A stretch of DNA of 64,000 bases from assembly GCA_025059075.1 (NCBI GenBank), contig JANXDZ010000006.1:1169-65168 (forward strand), in the 5' to 3' direction. Below are positions 18,273 to 27,542 of this stretch, in pieces; the first letter of the stretch is position 1, and every line of letters begins with the position of its first letter. The notes under the pieces are model-generated. The model searched no databases, was not told where the DNA came from, and saw only the letters and a program-made list of their open reading frames with translations. The stretch is from Sulfolobales archaeon (GTDB lineage Archaea > Thermoproteota > Thermoprotei_A > Sulfolobales > Desulfurococcaceae). A program made the translations under genes and the position numbers.

Positions 18273-19307
18273 GTGATGCAAATGATCATTGAACTAATGA
18301 TTTCAACTCTAGTTTTCCCAGGGGTACTATTCATCTCAGCCCTCTCATTCTTTACTGAGTGGTATTTAAGGAAAGGTGTTGCTCACATGCAGAGTAGGAT
18401 GGGGCCAACATATGTCGGCCCCATTGGACTGCTGCAGCCATTCATGGATTTCGTAAAGCTGTTAGTAGTTAAGGAGGAGACTAAGCAGAAGTATTCATTA
18501 ACTTGGCTTGCCGAACTATTTGGAGTTCTTGGAATTAGCGCTATTGTATCATCACTACTACTGCTGCCTCTTTCACCAATCAGGATTGCTGCTGACTACG
18601 ACTTCCTAATTTATATATACTTACTTGGCGTAATGGTTCCAATAGCTATGGTAGCCATGAGCTTATGTATGTCTAATCCATTCGTGAGCGTTGGAGCTTC
18701 TAGACTTCTATCAATAGTACTAATAGTTGAGCCAGCATTCTTCACTGGAATGCTCACTCCTATATTAATAGCTACACATATAAGCTCTAGTGCACCAATG
18801 TTTTGTGAAGAAGCTTACTGCAAACTCCCCCTATACTCTATATTTTACTCATCAATCACTATAGGTAGTGCATGGAGTAACCCCATTTATGCAACTGCAT
18901 TAATCATAGGGCTTGCAGCTGTAGTAGTCTCAGTACAAGCTAAAGCCATGCTTAATCCATTTAACATACCTGAAGCTGAACAAGAGTTAATTGCTGGCAT
19001 TAAAACTGAGTTCAGCGGCCCATTACTAGCTATATTCAACTTACTGCATAATGTTGAACTCTCATCTTCAATACTATTCATCATTTACGTATTCCTAGGC
19101 GGCCCTTATCCATTCCGCCACCTATCTATTCAAGGAGTCCTCGTATTAATGGCTAAGTACATAGCTATATTGACGCTAGTAGCGGTAGTGAGAGCTTTGT
19201 TTGGAAGATTTAGAGTAGAACAAGGAGTGTGGATTTTAGTAAAGTACTCATTAATACCGGCTATTGCTGCAATAACAATAGTGTCACTTTCCAATTTCTA
19301 TGCCTAG
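18273..19307 (+). CDS. mbhM: NuoH/HycD/MbhM-like membrane subunit
   Basis: MQSRMGPTYVGPIGLLQPFMDFVKL is the NuoH-family N-terminal signature. 344-aa polytopic protein. Confidence 0.8.
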   Translation: MMQMIIELMISTLVFPGVLFISALSFFTEWYLRKGVAHMQSRMGPTYVGPIGLLQPFMDFVKLLVVKEETKQKYSLTWLAELFGVLGISAIVSSLLLLPLSPIRIAADYDFLIYIYLLGVMVPIAMVAMSLCMSNPFVSVGASRLLSIVLIVEPAFFTGMLTPILIATHISSSAPMFCEEAYCKLPLYSIFYSSITIGSAWSNPIYATALIIGLAAVVVSVQAKAMLNPFNIPEAEQELIAGIKTEFSGPLLAIFNLLHNVELSSSILFIIYVFLGGPYPFRHLSIQGVLVLMAKYIAILTLVAVVRALFGRFRVEQGVWILVKYSLIPAIAAITIVSLSNFYA

Positions 19308-20275
19308 TTTTTAAAATTCAATAAGTCTTTAACAGTTAGCTCCACGGCCCTCCTACTGCTAATGCTAGGTCTCCATCCAGAGTTCTTGAGCTTAGTTATA
19401 TCTAGAAACATGTATTTTACATCACCGGGCCAACCTCTGCCATCATGAGTCATGGGCTTATATTCGTATTTAACGTTGCTGAGGCCCATGGCTTCTACAA
19501 TTATGTCTGCAATCTCTCTTACAGTAACCCAGTCATCGTTGCCTACGTTGAATACTTCGTATTGCAGCCCATTCCCTATGAGGAAGTTGAGGGTGTGTAT
19601 AGATGCTTCAACTGCTTCAGTAACGTATAAGTAGCTCTTCTTCTGAGACCCGTCTCCAAGTATTTCAAGCCTTGTAGGATTTCTGGAAAGCTTCTGTATG
19701 AAATCAATTATTACTCCATGTGATGTTCTTGGACCGATAACGTTAGCGTATCTAAGTACAAGGGCTTTAAATCCGTAGAGCTTTGAATAAGTGGCATAGA
19801 GTACTTCACATGATAGCTTAGATGCTCCATAAATACTTATGGGATCTAGTGGGTGATAGTTTTCCGGAGTCGGTATAACTTTTGCATCTCCATATACTGT
19901 AGATGAACTGGCGAATACATTGATCTCAACGTCATTTAACCTAGCGCACTCTAGTGCATTAAATGTTGTCACAACGTTGTTTTCAAAGTGCAGCCTCGGC
20001 TCAATGCTTGAAATCCTCACTTCAGGATTAGCTGCATAGTGGAATACTGCATCAGCTTCCTGAAACGCCTTAATTAATTCACTATCCATAAATCTAAGAT
20101 CTTTTTCTACAACTCTTACAATACCTCTGCCCAAGTGGTGAAGTAGGTTTTCAATTCTTCCTGAGGAAAAGTTGTCTATAACAACTATCTCACTAACTCC
20201 TAATTCAACTAGCTTATCAACTATGTGGCTACCTATGAATCCAGCTCCACCTGTTACTACAACCTTCGTTAACAT
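19304..20275 (-). CDS. NAD-dependent sugar-nucleotide epimerase/dehydratase (GalE-like SDR)
   Basis: VVVTGGAGFIGSH Rossmann motif and catalytic YGASK. ATG at 20275 (MLTKVVVTGG) is preferred over the track start at 20338. Confidence 0.8.
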   Translation of the reverse strand: MLTKVVVTGGAGFIGSHIVDKLVELGVSEIVVIDNFSSGRIENLLHHLGRGIVRVVEKDLRFMDSELIKAFQEADAVFHYAANPEVRISSIEPRLHFENNVVTTFNALECARLNDVEINVFASSSTVYGDAKVIPTPENYHPLDPISIYGASKLSCEVLYATYSKLYGFKALVLRYANVIGPRTSHGVIIDFIQKLSRNPTRLEILGDGSQKKSYLYVTEAVEASIHTLNFLIGNGLQYEVFNVGNDDWVTVREIADIIVEAMGLSNVKYEYKPMTHDGRGWPGDVKYMFLDITKLKNSGWRPSISSRRAVELTVKDLLNFKN

Positions 20276-20834
20276 GCTGCCACCTATCTTAGTGCCTAAA
20301 TTTACTAACACTAATAGCGACTGTTTTAATGCTTTCATCAGCGTCCAGTGATGTTTGGAATGAGGGATCCAGCTGACTTTGGAGGTGGAATGTTATAAGC
20401 TCTCGTAACTCCTTTAACTAAAGACTCTGAAGTAAAAAGGGGAATTATTTACAGGAGTTAATCTACTCCTAGCTGAATAATTGTGTGAAAGGTTTCTTTA
20501 TTCTTGGAACTTGTAGTGGAGGAGAAGCATACATACGTGACGCATGTAATGCTCTCCATAAAGTAGGTAGTAGAATGTATGGATATGAAGTAATTAGAAA
20601 AGGCAATTTAAGAACAGTTATTCAAATGCAAACATGATATTGCTTATAGAGAATGCGTAAAAGGACTTTAGTGAAGAAAGCTCTACATCAGTTAAAGAGA
20701 TCTTGATGATGTGTGGAATAAACATAGGTTTCAGATCCATCAATAAACAGTCTAAATCTGAAGGAATCGCTAAACTTAAACAGTTGTTAAACCTGTAAAT
20801 AAGTATAGGCATAAGTTTCGTGGTGTAAGACCCC

Positions 20835-21803
20835 ATGGAGTTGGATTTTACATCCATTGGAGAAGTAATGGTTCAGCTAAACGCCCTATCTCCAGGGCCC
20901 CTTAGGTATGTGAAGTACTTTGAAGTACATGTTGCCGGCTCCGAATCAAACATCATGATTGGGTTGGTTAAATTAGGATATAGGGCAGGCATAGTGACTA
21001 AAGTTGGTGATGATGAGTTTGGAAAGCTTGTTTTAAACTTTCTCAGAGGAGAGAGAGTAGATGTCTCAAGAGTGAAGGTAGATGAATCAGCTCCCACAGG
21101 CGTTTACTTCATCCAACGCCACTACCCTGTTCCAGGTAAGTCAACGGTGTTCTACTATAGGCATGGATCTGCTGCCAGTAGGCTATCGCCTAATGACATT
21201 GACAACGACTACATAGCTAATTCAAAGGCACTAGTTCTCACTGGTATAACTCCAGCCCTTAGTGATTCATGCCGTGAAGCCGTGAATAAAGCATATGAAG
21301 TAGCTAGGGCAAATGATGTAGACGTGATCTTTGATACTAACATTAGGATGAAGCTCTGGAGAAATGAATCTAGAGCTAGAGAATCTTTAGCTAAGTTCCT
21401 TAGCTCTAAGATAGTGTTTACAAACATAGAGGATCTTGGAATACTCTTCCCAGGAGATAGCGTTAGCGATGCAGCTTCAAAGATCATAAGCAAAGGCAGC
21501 ACTTTAGTTGTCGTAAAGCTAGGTGAAGAGGGTGCTGTAGCTTATGACTCAAGGCTGAATACCTATAGAGTGGGGGCATTCAAAGTACCATTAATTGAAG
21601 ACGTTATAGGCGCTGGAGACGCATTTAATGCAGTATTCATAGCATCAATTTATAGAGGCATGTCAATAGATCAAGCGCTTTTATATGCAAATGCTGCCGG
21701 AGCTTTAGTAGTCACAGTTCGTGGAGATGTAGAGGCTCAGCCATCGTGGCGAGAGCTGGAGATATTCATTGAATCCTGTAGAAAGGCAGTAATGTTGCGC
21801 TAA
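20835..21803 (+). CDS. PfkB-family sugar kinase (2-keto-3-deoxygluconate kinase-like)
   Basis: N-terminal GEVMVQL..., GSESNIMIG, and C-terminal GAGDAFNAVF (PfkB signature 2). Confidence 0.75.
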   Translation: MELDFTSIGEVMVQLNALSPGPLRYVKYFEVHVAGSESNIMIGLVKLGYRAGIVTKVGDDEFGKLVLNFLRGERVDVSRVKVDESAPTGVYFIQRHYPVPGKSTVFYYRHGSAASRLSPNDIDNDYIANSKALVLTGITPALSDSCREAVNKAYEVARANDVDVIFDTNIRMKLWRNESRARESLAKFLSSKIVFTNIEDLGILFPGDSVSDAASKIISKGSTLVVVKLGEEGAVAYDSRLNTYRVGAFKVPLIEDVIGAGDAFNAVFIASIYRGMSIDQALLYANAAGALVVTVRGDVEAQPSWRELEIFIESCRKAVMLR

Positions 21804-21863
21804 ACGTCTATTTCATGAAAAAATATAAGTACGTCACCTCACATTATGTAATGAGGGGGTATA

Positions 21864-22061
21864 ATGATAGGTTTCTGGGAAGTGGCATTCCTAGTGATAC
21901 TAATAGTCCTCATATTGATCGTGCCGTCAAAGCTTCCTCAAATAATGAGGGATTTGGGGAAAGCCATTAGAGAATTTAGAGAAGCTATGAAGGAAACGGG
22001 GAAAACTACAGAAGATGTTAAAAAGAGCTTAAGTGAACCATTAAAGGAAGAGGAGAAGTAA
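21864..22061 (+). CDS. tatA: twin-arginine translocase TatA/E
   Basis: 65 aa: one TM segment, then SKLPQIMRDLGKAIREFREAMKE amphipathic helix. Confidence 0.75.
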   Translation: MIGFWEVAFLVILIVLILIVPSKLPQIMRDLGKAIREFREAMKETGKTTEDVKKSLSEPLKEEEK

Positions 22062-22116
22062 TCCATTGTTTCATTAATTATAGGACTGTAGATCTTCACT
22101 GTTACTTACTAAATGG

Positions 22117-22869
22117 TTGGATGAATTGAGCTCCAGCGAACTCCAGGAAATTTGGAGGGAAGCAGTTGAGTTCGCTAAATTCTTAAGAAGAGTTATAATT
22201 ATAACTTTAATAACTATATTCGCATTATTGATGCCTATACACTTAACTTATGGAGAGCCTATTTCATTCTACTTAGTTAAATTAGTTATAAGGAATCCAT
22301 TCATAGAAGTTCCAGATAACATAGTGCTCATTATGGGTGAGCCTGCAGGACCCATTAGAGTGATCCTCTCATCAGCATTACTCTTCGGCATGCTTATAAG
22401 CTCTCCAATATCGCTCATACTCTTTTACAGATACTTAAGGCCAGCTCTTTATCCACATGAGAGGAAGATTGCTGTAAAGGTAACTCTAGCAACAGGAGGT
22501 TTGTTTTACACTGGTTTAACCTATGGCTTCCTAGTCATAGCGCCGCTAACAGTAAAGATAATGATTTCATTTAGCAGCATTACAGGCGTTGAGCCATTTA
22601 TAAATGTAGCAGACTTCTATGACTTCATAATAATCTCTACTCTAGCTACAGCTATAGGCTTCCTCATACCATTGATTATCTTCGTATCTAATAGAGTATT
22701 TAACATAGACCTCAGCTTGAGGAAGCATTGGCGCTACATATTTGTATTAGGTTATGCTATGACGGCGGTGCTTACTCCTGATCCAACTCCTATAACGGCG
22801 CTGCTTATAATAGGTCCTCCACTTACTTTAAGTGTGATAGCAGAAGTAGTTGCTCTAAGGAAAAAATGA
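22117..22869 (+). CDS. tatC: twin-arginine translocase TatC
   Basis: 250 aa, 6 predicted TM segments, LTPDPTPITALLIIGPPL near the C-terminus, adjacent to tatA. Confidence 0.7.
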   Translation: MDELSSSELQEIWREAVEFAKFLRRVIIITLITIFALLMPIHLTYGEPISFYLVKLVIRNPFIEVPDNIVLIMGEPAGPIRVILSSALLFGMLISSPISLILFYRYLRPALYPHERKIAVKVTLATGGLFYTGLTYGFLVIAPLTVKIMISFSSITGVEPFINVADFYDFIIISTLATAIGFLIPLIIFVSNRVFNIDLSLRKHWRYIFVLGYAMTAVLTPDPTPITALLIIGPPLTLSVIAEVVALRKK

Positions 22870-22900
22870 TATATTATTTCATTTAGTTTAGCAATTAGAC

Positions 22901-23983
22901 TTACATCAATATAATGGGTCTTCCGATAACTTTGCCCCGTCTTAAGTCATTGAGGGCTTCGTTAATTTTATCTAAGCCTCTATAGGTAGTTATGACGGGC
23001 TTCACCTTGCCTTGGGCAAGGAGTCTTAAGCTCTCACTTATATCATATCTAGTGAAAGCTAGAGACGCTATTACTTTCTTTTCATCTAATCCCCACTCAA
23101 TTACGGGTAAGCACATTTTACCAGGTGGGTATCCAAGCATTACAAGAGTGCCGCCTTTCCTCAATGCATAGAATGCCTGTTCATATGTCTTAACGTCTGT
23201 AGGAACTAGTTGTAGAATTACATCAGCTCCACCTGTAAGCCTCTTAATAGAGGCAACAGGGTCCTCTTTAGTTGAGTTAATTACTTCGTCTGCACCAACT
23301 TCCTTAGCTTTTTTAAGCTTGTGTTCTGATCTGCCTATTGCTATGACTACGCATCCCTTTGATTTAGCTACTTGAATAGCGTTAAATCCAAGAGCTCCAA
23401 CTCCCCATACGACAACTACATCTCCTTCCTTTGCTCCAGCTACTCTAAGTCCTTTAAACGGCGTTGCTATAGCGTCTGTTGCTGCTGGAGCATACTCCCA
23501 CGGCACATTGGGCGGGATCTTTATTAAATGCGTAGCTTTCGCGAGAACGTACTCTGCATAGCCTCCATAGACATGTCTACCAGTCTCTATAAGATTCTCG
23601 CATAGCTGTTCATTCCCCCTTATACAGTAGTAGCACTTGCCGCAAGTATGCCATAGCCACGATAGTACTACTCTATCTCCAGAGCGTATATCTCTAACTC
23701 CTTCTCCAATTGAGTAGACTTCGCCTGCCACTTCATGCCCAAGTATCGTTGGCATTAATGGTGGTGGAGGAAATTCTCCATCAATTGTCGCAAGATCTGT
23801 GTGGCAAACTCCAACAGCTCTAACTTTGATTAAGGCTTCACCAAACTTTGGATCAGGGAATTCAACGTCTTCTATTGAAAGAGGTTTCCCAACCTCTCTA
23901 AATAAAGCCCCTCCTCCTTTTACAGGCAAGAAATACACCTCTACAACATTATTGAGTAGTTTACAGCAATATAAGTTGTGCAT
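22901..23983 (-). CDS. Zn-dependent medium-chain dehydrogenase (alcohol or sugar dehydrogenase family)
   Basis: GVCHTDL, GHEVAGEV, structural-Zn CGKCYYCIRGNEQLC, and GVGALGFNAIQ nucleotide fold. The track ORF runs to 24085 but overlaps the divergent gene. The start is uncertain: ATG at 23983, or an in-frame GTG/TTG just downstream. Confidence 0.8.
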   Translation of the reverse strand: MHNLYCCKLLNNVVEVYFLPVKGGGALFREVGKPLSIEDVEFPDPKFGEALIKVRAVGVCHTDLATIDGEFPPPPLMPTILGHEVAGEVYSIGEGVRDIRSGDRVVLSWLWHTCGKCYYCIRGNEQLCENLIETGRHVYGGYAEYVLAKATHLIKIPPNVPWEYAPAATDAIATPFKGLRVAGAKEGDVVVVWGVGALGFNAIQVAKSKGCVVIAIGRSEHKLKKAKEVGADEVINSTKEDPVASIKRLTGGADVILQLVPTDVKTYEQAFYALRKGGTLVMLGYPPGKMCLPVIEWGLDEKKVIASLAFTRYDISESLRLLAQGKVKPVITTYRGLDKINEALNDLRRGKVIGRPIILM

Positions 23984-24035
23984 AGTACTATTTCTAGGAA
24001 GTACTTTAATTAGTGCAGAGTAAGCTATAGTTGAG

Positions 24036-24782
24036 GTGAGGAGTGTGAAGGTAATAGACTCCCACATGCATTTAGGAGAATGCACTATATTTGGATTAAA
24101 GATTACTGAAGAAGAGCTCCTTAACTACATAGATAAATACAATGTTTCAGCAATAGTTGTACAGCCGTTTCCAGGAGCTCCAGATGTAGTTAAAGTACAT
24201 AATGCAATACATGAGCTCTCTTTAAAAACCAATAGAAGAGTACTTGGGATGGCGAGTGTAAACCCTCATTTAAGTAAGGAGTTTGTCTCTAATGAGTTAA
24301 ATAGAGTCCTTAAGTCACTGAACTTCATTGCAATAAAGCTTCATACAGCAGGTCACGCCATATCGCCTATAAATCCTAAGGCTACTATGTTATTCGAACA
24401 TGCGTCAAAGCATAAAGTGCCAGTGATGATTCACACAGGCCCAGGACCTTTCTCCGATCCAATGGCTGCTGTCCCCAGGGCTGAGGAATTTAGTGATGTA
24501 AAGATAGTGCTAGCTCACGCAGGCTTCGGTCTATATTCAAGCGCTGCTCTATGGATTGCAAAGAAATATGATAACGTATACCTTGAGACTTCGTGGACTT
24601 ATTCCTACGATCTAGCTGCATTTTTAAAGGAAGTTCCTAATAAAGTGCTCTTTGGAACAGATCTCATAGAGAACGCGCCTGTAGAATTTGCAAAGTTAGA
24701 TGGATTAAGACTAACAGATGACGTTAAGGAACTCATACTATACAGGAACCCGAAGTATGTATTCAACATACAGCACTTATAG
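24036..24782 (+). CDS. metal-dependent amidohydrolase-2 family hydrolase (TIM barrel, COG2159-like)
   Basis: VIDSHMHLG at the N-terminus, HTGPG, LAHAG, and a GTD near the C-terminus. An alternative GTG start lies at 24045. Confidence 0.65.
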   Translation: MRSVKVIDSHMHLGECTIFGLKITEEELLNYIDKYNVSAIVVQPFPGAPDVVKVHNAIHELSLKTNRRVLGMASVNPHLSKEFVSNELNRVLKSLNFIAIKLHTAGHAISPINPKATMLFEHASKHKVPVMIHTGPGPFSDPMAAVPRAEEFSDVKIVLAHAGFGLYSSAALWIAKKYDNVYLETSWTYSYDLAAFLKEVPNKVLFGTDLIENAPVEFAKLDGLRLTDDVKELILYRNPKYVFNIQHL

Positions 24783-24799
24783 CTTTGGGACTCTAATAT

Positions 24800-24839
24800 T
24801 ATATAGACTATATAGGATAGTATAGAAATACCTATACTA
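24800..24839. promoter_or_regulatory. two adjacent inverted repeats sharing TATAG/CTATA half-sites, upstream of the ABC binding-protein gene
   Basis: Read directly. TATATAG-a-CTATATA lies at 24800..24814. TAGTATAG-aaatac-CTATACTA lies at 24818..24839. A TATA-like tttataa at 24863..24869 follows. The gene starts at 24904. Confidence 0.3.
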
Positions 24840-24903
24840 CTTAAAACCTGTTTACTTTACTCTTTATAAGACAGTATGTATAAGTACCTTACTTAGTATC
24901 TGG

Positions 24904-26535
24904 GTGAATACTGTGGGTGAAGTAAATAAATCACGTAGACTATTTTTAACAGCACTTGGTACTACCGTTGTTGGAATTGGGATAGGTTATGCAATCGGTT
25001 ACTTATCTAAGCCTGCTGAAATGGTTGAGAGAACAATTACTTCTACAGTTACAAAGACAGTTACAGCCACTCCTGGAGTCACACCTCCTCCAGTAGGACT
25101 AAGTGGTGCTGCTACTAGAGCTTTAGAGGGAGTAAGAGATCTATTAAATAGAGGAGTCATAAAGCCGGGCACAACAATTAAAATACTGCATGTAGCAGGC
25201 TCTCGTGCACAGCTAGAGAGAGCCATTGAGTTATGGGGGCAGTACGTACCTGAAGTAAACGTTGAATTGATAACTCTTGGTCAAGAGCCTGATGTATATA
25301 CGAAAGCTATGGCTGAAGCAGTTACTAAAGCTGGGACATTCGATATAGTGACCATATTTAGTACATGGCTTGGAGACATCGTTGAAGCTGGATTAGCGAA
25401 ATCCCTGGATGAATACTATGTAAAGTATGATCCTGAATACACAGGACCCTGCGCTCCCATAGAGCCTCTAGGATCATACGTCACGATATATAAAGGGAAG
25501 AGGTACTCTGTTGTCTTAGATTCAGATGTATTTACGCTATCGTATAGGAAGGATTTAATAGAAAACCCAACGTATAAGAACGAGTTTAGAGCTCAATATG
25601 GAAAGGATCTTAAGGTACCTGACACTTGGGAGGATTTAATAGATATGGCTGAGTTCTTCTACAATAAGAATTTGACAGCTCCCAGTGGAGGTAGAGTTTA
25701 TGGCGCATACTTCTATGCAGAACCAGCTTTCGCAGCCTATATAACATGGTTAAACATATTCATTGAGGCAGGAGGAATACCCTTCGACTTAGAAACAATG
25801 GATCCGAAAGTAGATACTCCTGAGGGTCGATATGCATTCGACATAATGCTAGGGCTTAGACCATACATGCCTCCAGAAGCCATTACGGCTGGTTGGGCTG
25901 ATCTATATGATAAGTTCATAAAGGGCGAAACAGTGTTCACAGCAGCATGGCCTTCACTAACTAAGGAAGCCATGAGGCCGACGTCGCTAGTAAAAGATGT
26001 AGCTGGTTCAGCTCTACTACCCGGAGTAATAGTTAATGGAAAGCTTGTAAGAGCTGCCCCTAATCCAGTTAACTGGGTTGGTGTAATATCTAACTATAGT
26101 AAGTACCCTGAGTTAAGCTACTTATTCCTACAGTTTGCTACAGCCCCTGACATAGGTCTAGACGTAATACTCAGTGGAGTAATACTTGATTTATTCAGAG
26201 AGTGCTGGTTCAAAGACCCTGCATATAGGCCTAAGTCAGCTGAAGGCTATGGAGAGGAATTCATTGATGTATACATGGAGAGTCTTAGAATATCGTTCCC
26301 AGACATATTGATTAGAGGAGGGCCAGAATACTTATCGAAACTGACGACTGAAGTAAATAGCGTTATGGCTGGAATAAAGGATCCTGAGGTTGCATTAAAC
26401 GATGTATCAGCTGAATGGGATTCAATAACTAAAAAGTATGGCGTAGATACACAACTTGAGGCTTGGAGAGGGCTGGCTCAGCTATTCCCAGATGATGTTA
26501 AAGATGTTTGGAGAGCAAAGGGTTACATGAAGTAA
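24904..26535 (+). CDS. ABC transporter extracellular solute-binding protein (family 1, sugar type) with twin-arginine signal
   Basis: N-terminus NKSRRLFLTALGTTVVGIGIG (SRRxFL Tat motif plus h-region), then a Thr/Pro-rich linker TITSTVTKTVTATPGVTPPPV typical of archaeal SBPs. 543 aa, followed by permease genes. Confidence 0.8.
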   Translation: MNTVGEVNKSRRLFLTALGTTVVGIGIGYAIGYLSKPAEMVERTITSTVTKTVTATPGVTPPPVGLSGAATRALEGVRDLLNRGVIKPGTTIKILHVAGSRAQLERAIELWGQYVPEVNVELITLGQEPDVYTKAMAEAVTKAGTFDIVTIFSTWLGDIVEAGLAKSLDEYYVKYDPEYTGPCAPIEPLGSYVTIYKGKRYSVVLDSDVFTLSYRKDLIENPTYKNEFRAQYGKDLKVPDTWEDLIDMAEFFYNKNLTAPSGGRVYGAYFYAEPAFAAYITWLNIFIEAGGIPFDLETMDPKVDTPEGRYAFDIMLGLRPYMPPEAITAGWADLYDKFIKGETVFTAAWPSLTKEAMRPTSLVKDVAGSALLPGVIVNGKLVRAAPNPVNWVGVISNYSKYPELSYLFLQFATAPDIGLDVILSGVILDLFRECWFKDPAYRPKSAEGYGEEFIDVYMESLRISFPDILIRGGPEYLSKLTTEVNSVMAGIKDPEVALNDVSAEWDSITKKYGVDTQLEAWRGLAQLFPDDVKDVWRAKGYMK

Positions 26536-26551
26536 TAATTAAATAATAAAC

Positions 26552-26557
26552 TTTTTT
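26552..26557 (+). terminator. oligo-T tract downstream of the binding-protein gene
   Basis: tttttt lies 17 nt after the stop at 26535, inside a 99-nt gap. Archaeal terminators are typically T-tracts. No experimental support. Confidence 0.3.
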
Positions 26558-26634
26558 AAAATCGCCCACCATAGAACTTGTTCTAAAAACAATACTTAAT
26601 GTAAATACTTAATAGGGATTAAAGATAAAGTGAT

Positions 26635-27540
26635 GTGGAGAGGGCAAATATGCCTGAGAAACCTCCTAGGGAAATTAAGTACTTAGCAACGCTTCCAGTA
26701 AACATACTTCTTAACGCTGTATTAATAATTCCATTCGCCATAATGATATACTTAGCCTTCCTCAAGTGGTCTCCAGCAATGGGTATGAATTGGTGGGAGG
26801 CTCCTATTACTGGCTTAACTAACTTCGCGAGAGCTCTAGGGGATGCTAGGTTCATTACAGCACTTAGCAGAACAACTATATACACAGTAAGTGTTGTTAC
26901 AATAGAGTTTTTCCTTGGACTAGCGTTAGCCTATATAATGCTGGGAGACTTCGTTGGAAAAAAGGCAGCTATAGCTATCACAATATATCCACTTATGCTG
27001 CCGCCAGTCGTAGTTGCAACAATATTTTACTTAATGTTCCAGAGCTACGGTCCTGTCAACAACTTGTTCTTAAGAGCAATTATAGGGGAAGATGCTTTAA
27101 GAATATATTGGTTTTTAAAACCTGATACAGCCTTCATTACACTACTCATTGCTGATATATGGCAGTGGACTCCATTCATGTTCTTAATAATGTACTCAGC
27201 TTTATCAGCAGTACCTAAGAGGCTTGTTGAAGCTGCTGAAGTACTTGGTGCAAGTAGCTTCACCATATTCTGGAAAGTGAGGCTGCCTTTAATAAAGCCA
27301 TTAATAATAGTTGCACTAGTGTTGAGAGGCCTTGAAGCATTCAAAATGTTCGACTATGCATTTATAATGACTGGTGGAGGCCCTGGAACAACTACTGAGA
27401 CTGTGTCAATGTACATATATAGGACTGCCATATTGTACACAGATATATCTTATGCAGCAGCCATGTCATTAATGATATTAGCCATGATAATAGTAGTAGT
27501 AAGAGCATTTATATGGTATTTCTTTGAGAAGGGGAGGTAG
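26635..27540 (+). CDS. ABC transporter permease (MalF/UgpA-like)
   Basis: Polytopic protein with EAAEVLGASSFTIFWKVRLPLIKP (EAA loop). An alternative ATG start lies at 26650. Confidence 0.8.
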   Translation: MERANMPEKPPREIKYLATLPVNILLNAVLIIPFAIMIYLAFLKWSPAMGMNWWEAPITGLTNFARALGDARFITALSRTTIYTVSVVTIEFFLGLALAYIMLGDFVGKKAAIAITIYPLMLPPVVVATIFYLMFQSYGPVNNLFLRAIIGEDALRIYWFLKPDTAFITLLIADIWQWTPFMFLIMYSALSAVPKRLVEAAEVLGASSFTIFWKVRLPLIKPLIIVALVLRGLEAFKMFDYAFIMTGGGPGTTTETVSMYIYRTAILYTDISYAAAMSLMILAMIIVVVRAFIWYFFEKGR

Positions 27541-27542
27541 AA

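Noticed and set aside
13141-19634. Track ORFs 13141..13428, 14828..15136, 15144..15368, 17129..17347, 18887..19084, 19445..19630 and 19452..19634
   Set aside because: They are antisense to hydrogenase/Mrp or epimerase genes that have clear family signatures.
20703-20761. C/D box sRNA candidate (ttgatga ... ctga, about 59 nt)
   Set aside because: The terminal boxes and length fit. The internal D' (caga) and C' (atcaata) are poor, and the first spacer would be about 22 nt instead of about 12. This is not enough for a feature call.
20618-20857. 79-aa minus-strand ORF in the epimerase/kinase gap
   Set aside because: It overlaps the sugar-kinase start and has no recognisable features. It is most likely non-coding promoter DNA.
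23984-24085. 34-codon N-terminal extension of the dehydrogenase ORF
   Set aside because: The extension would overlap the divergent amidohydrolase start. It precedes the conserved MDR N-terminus, so it is likely an artefact of longest-ORF calling.
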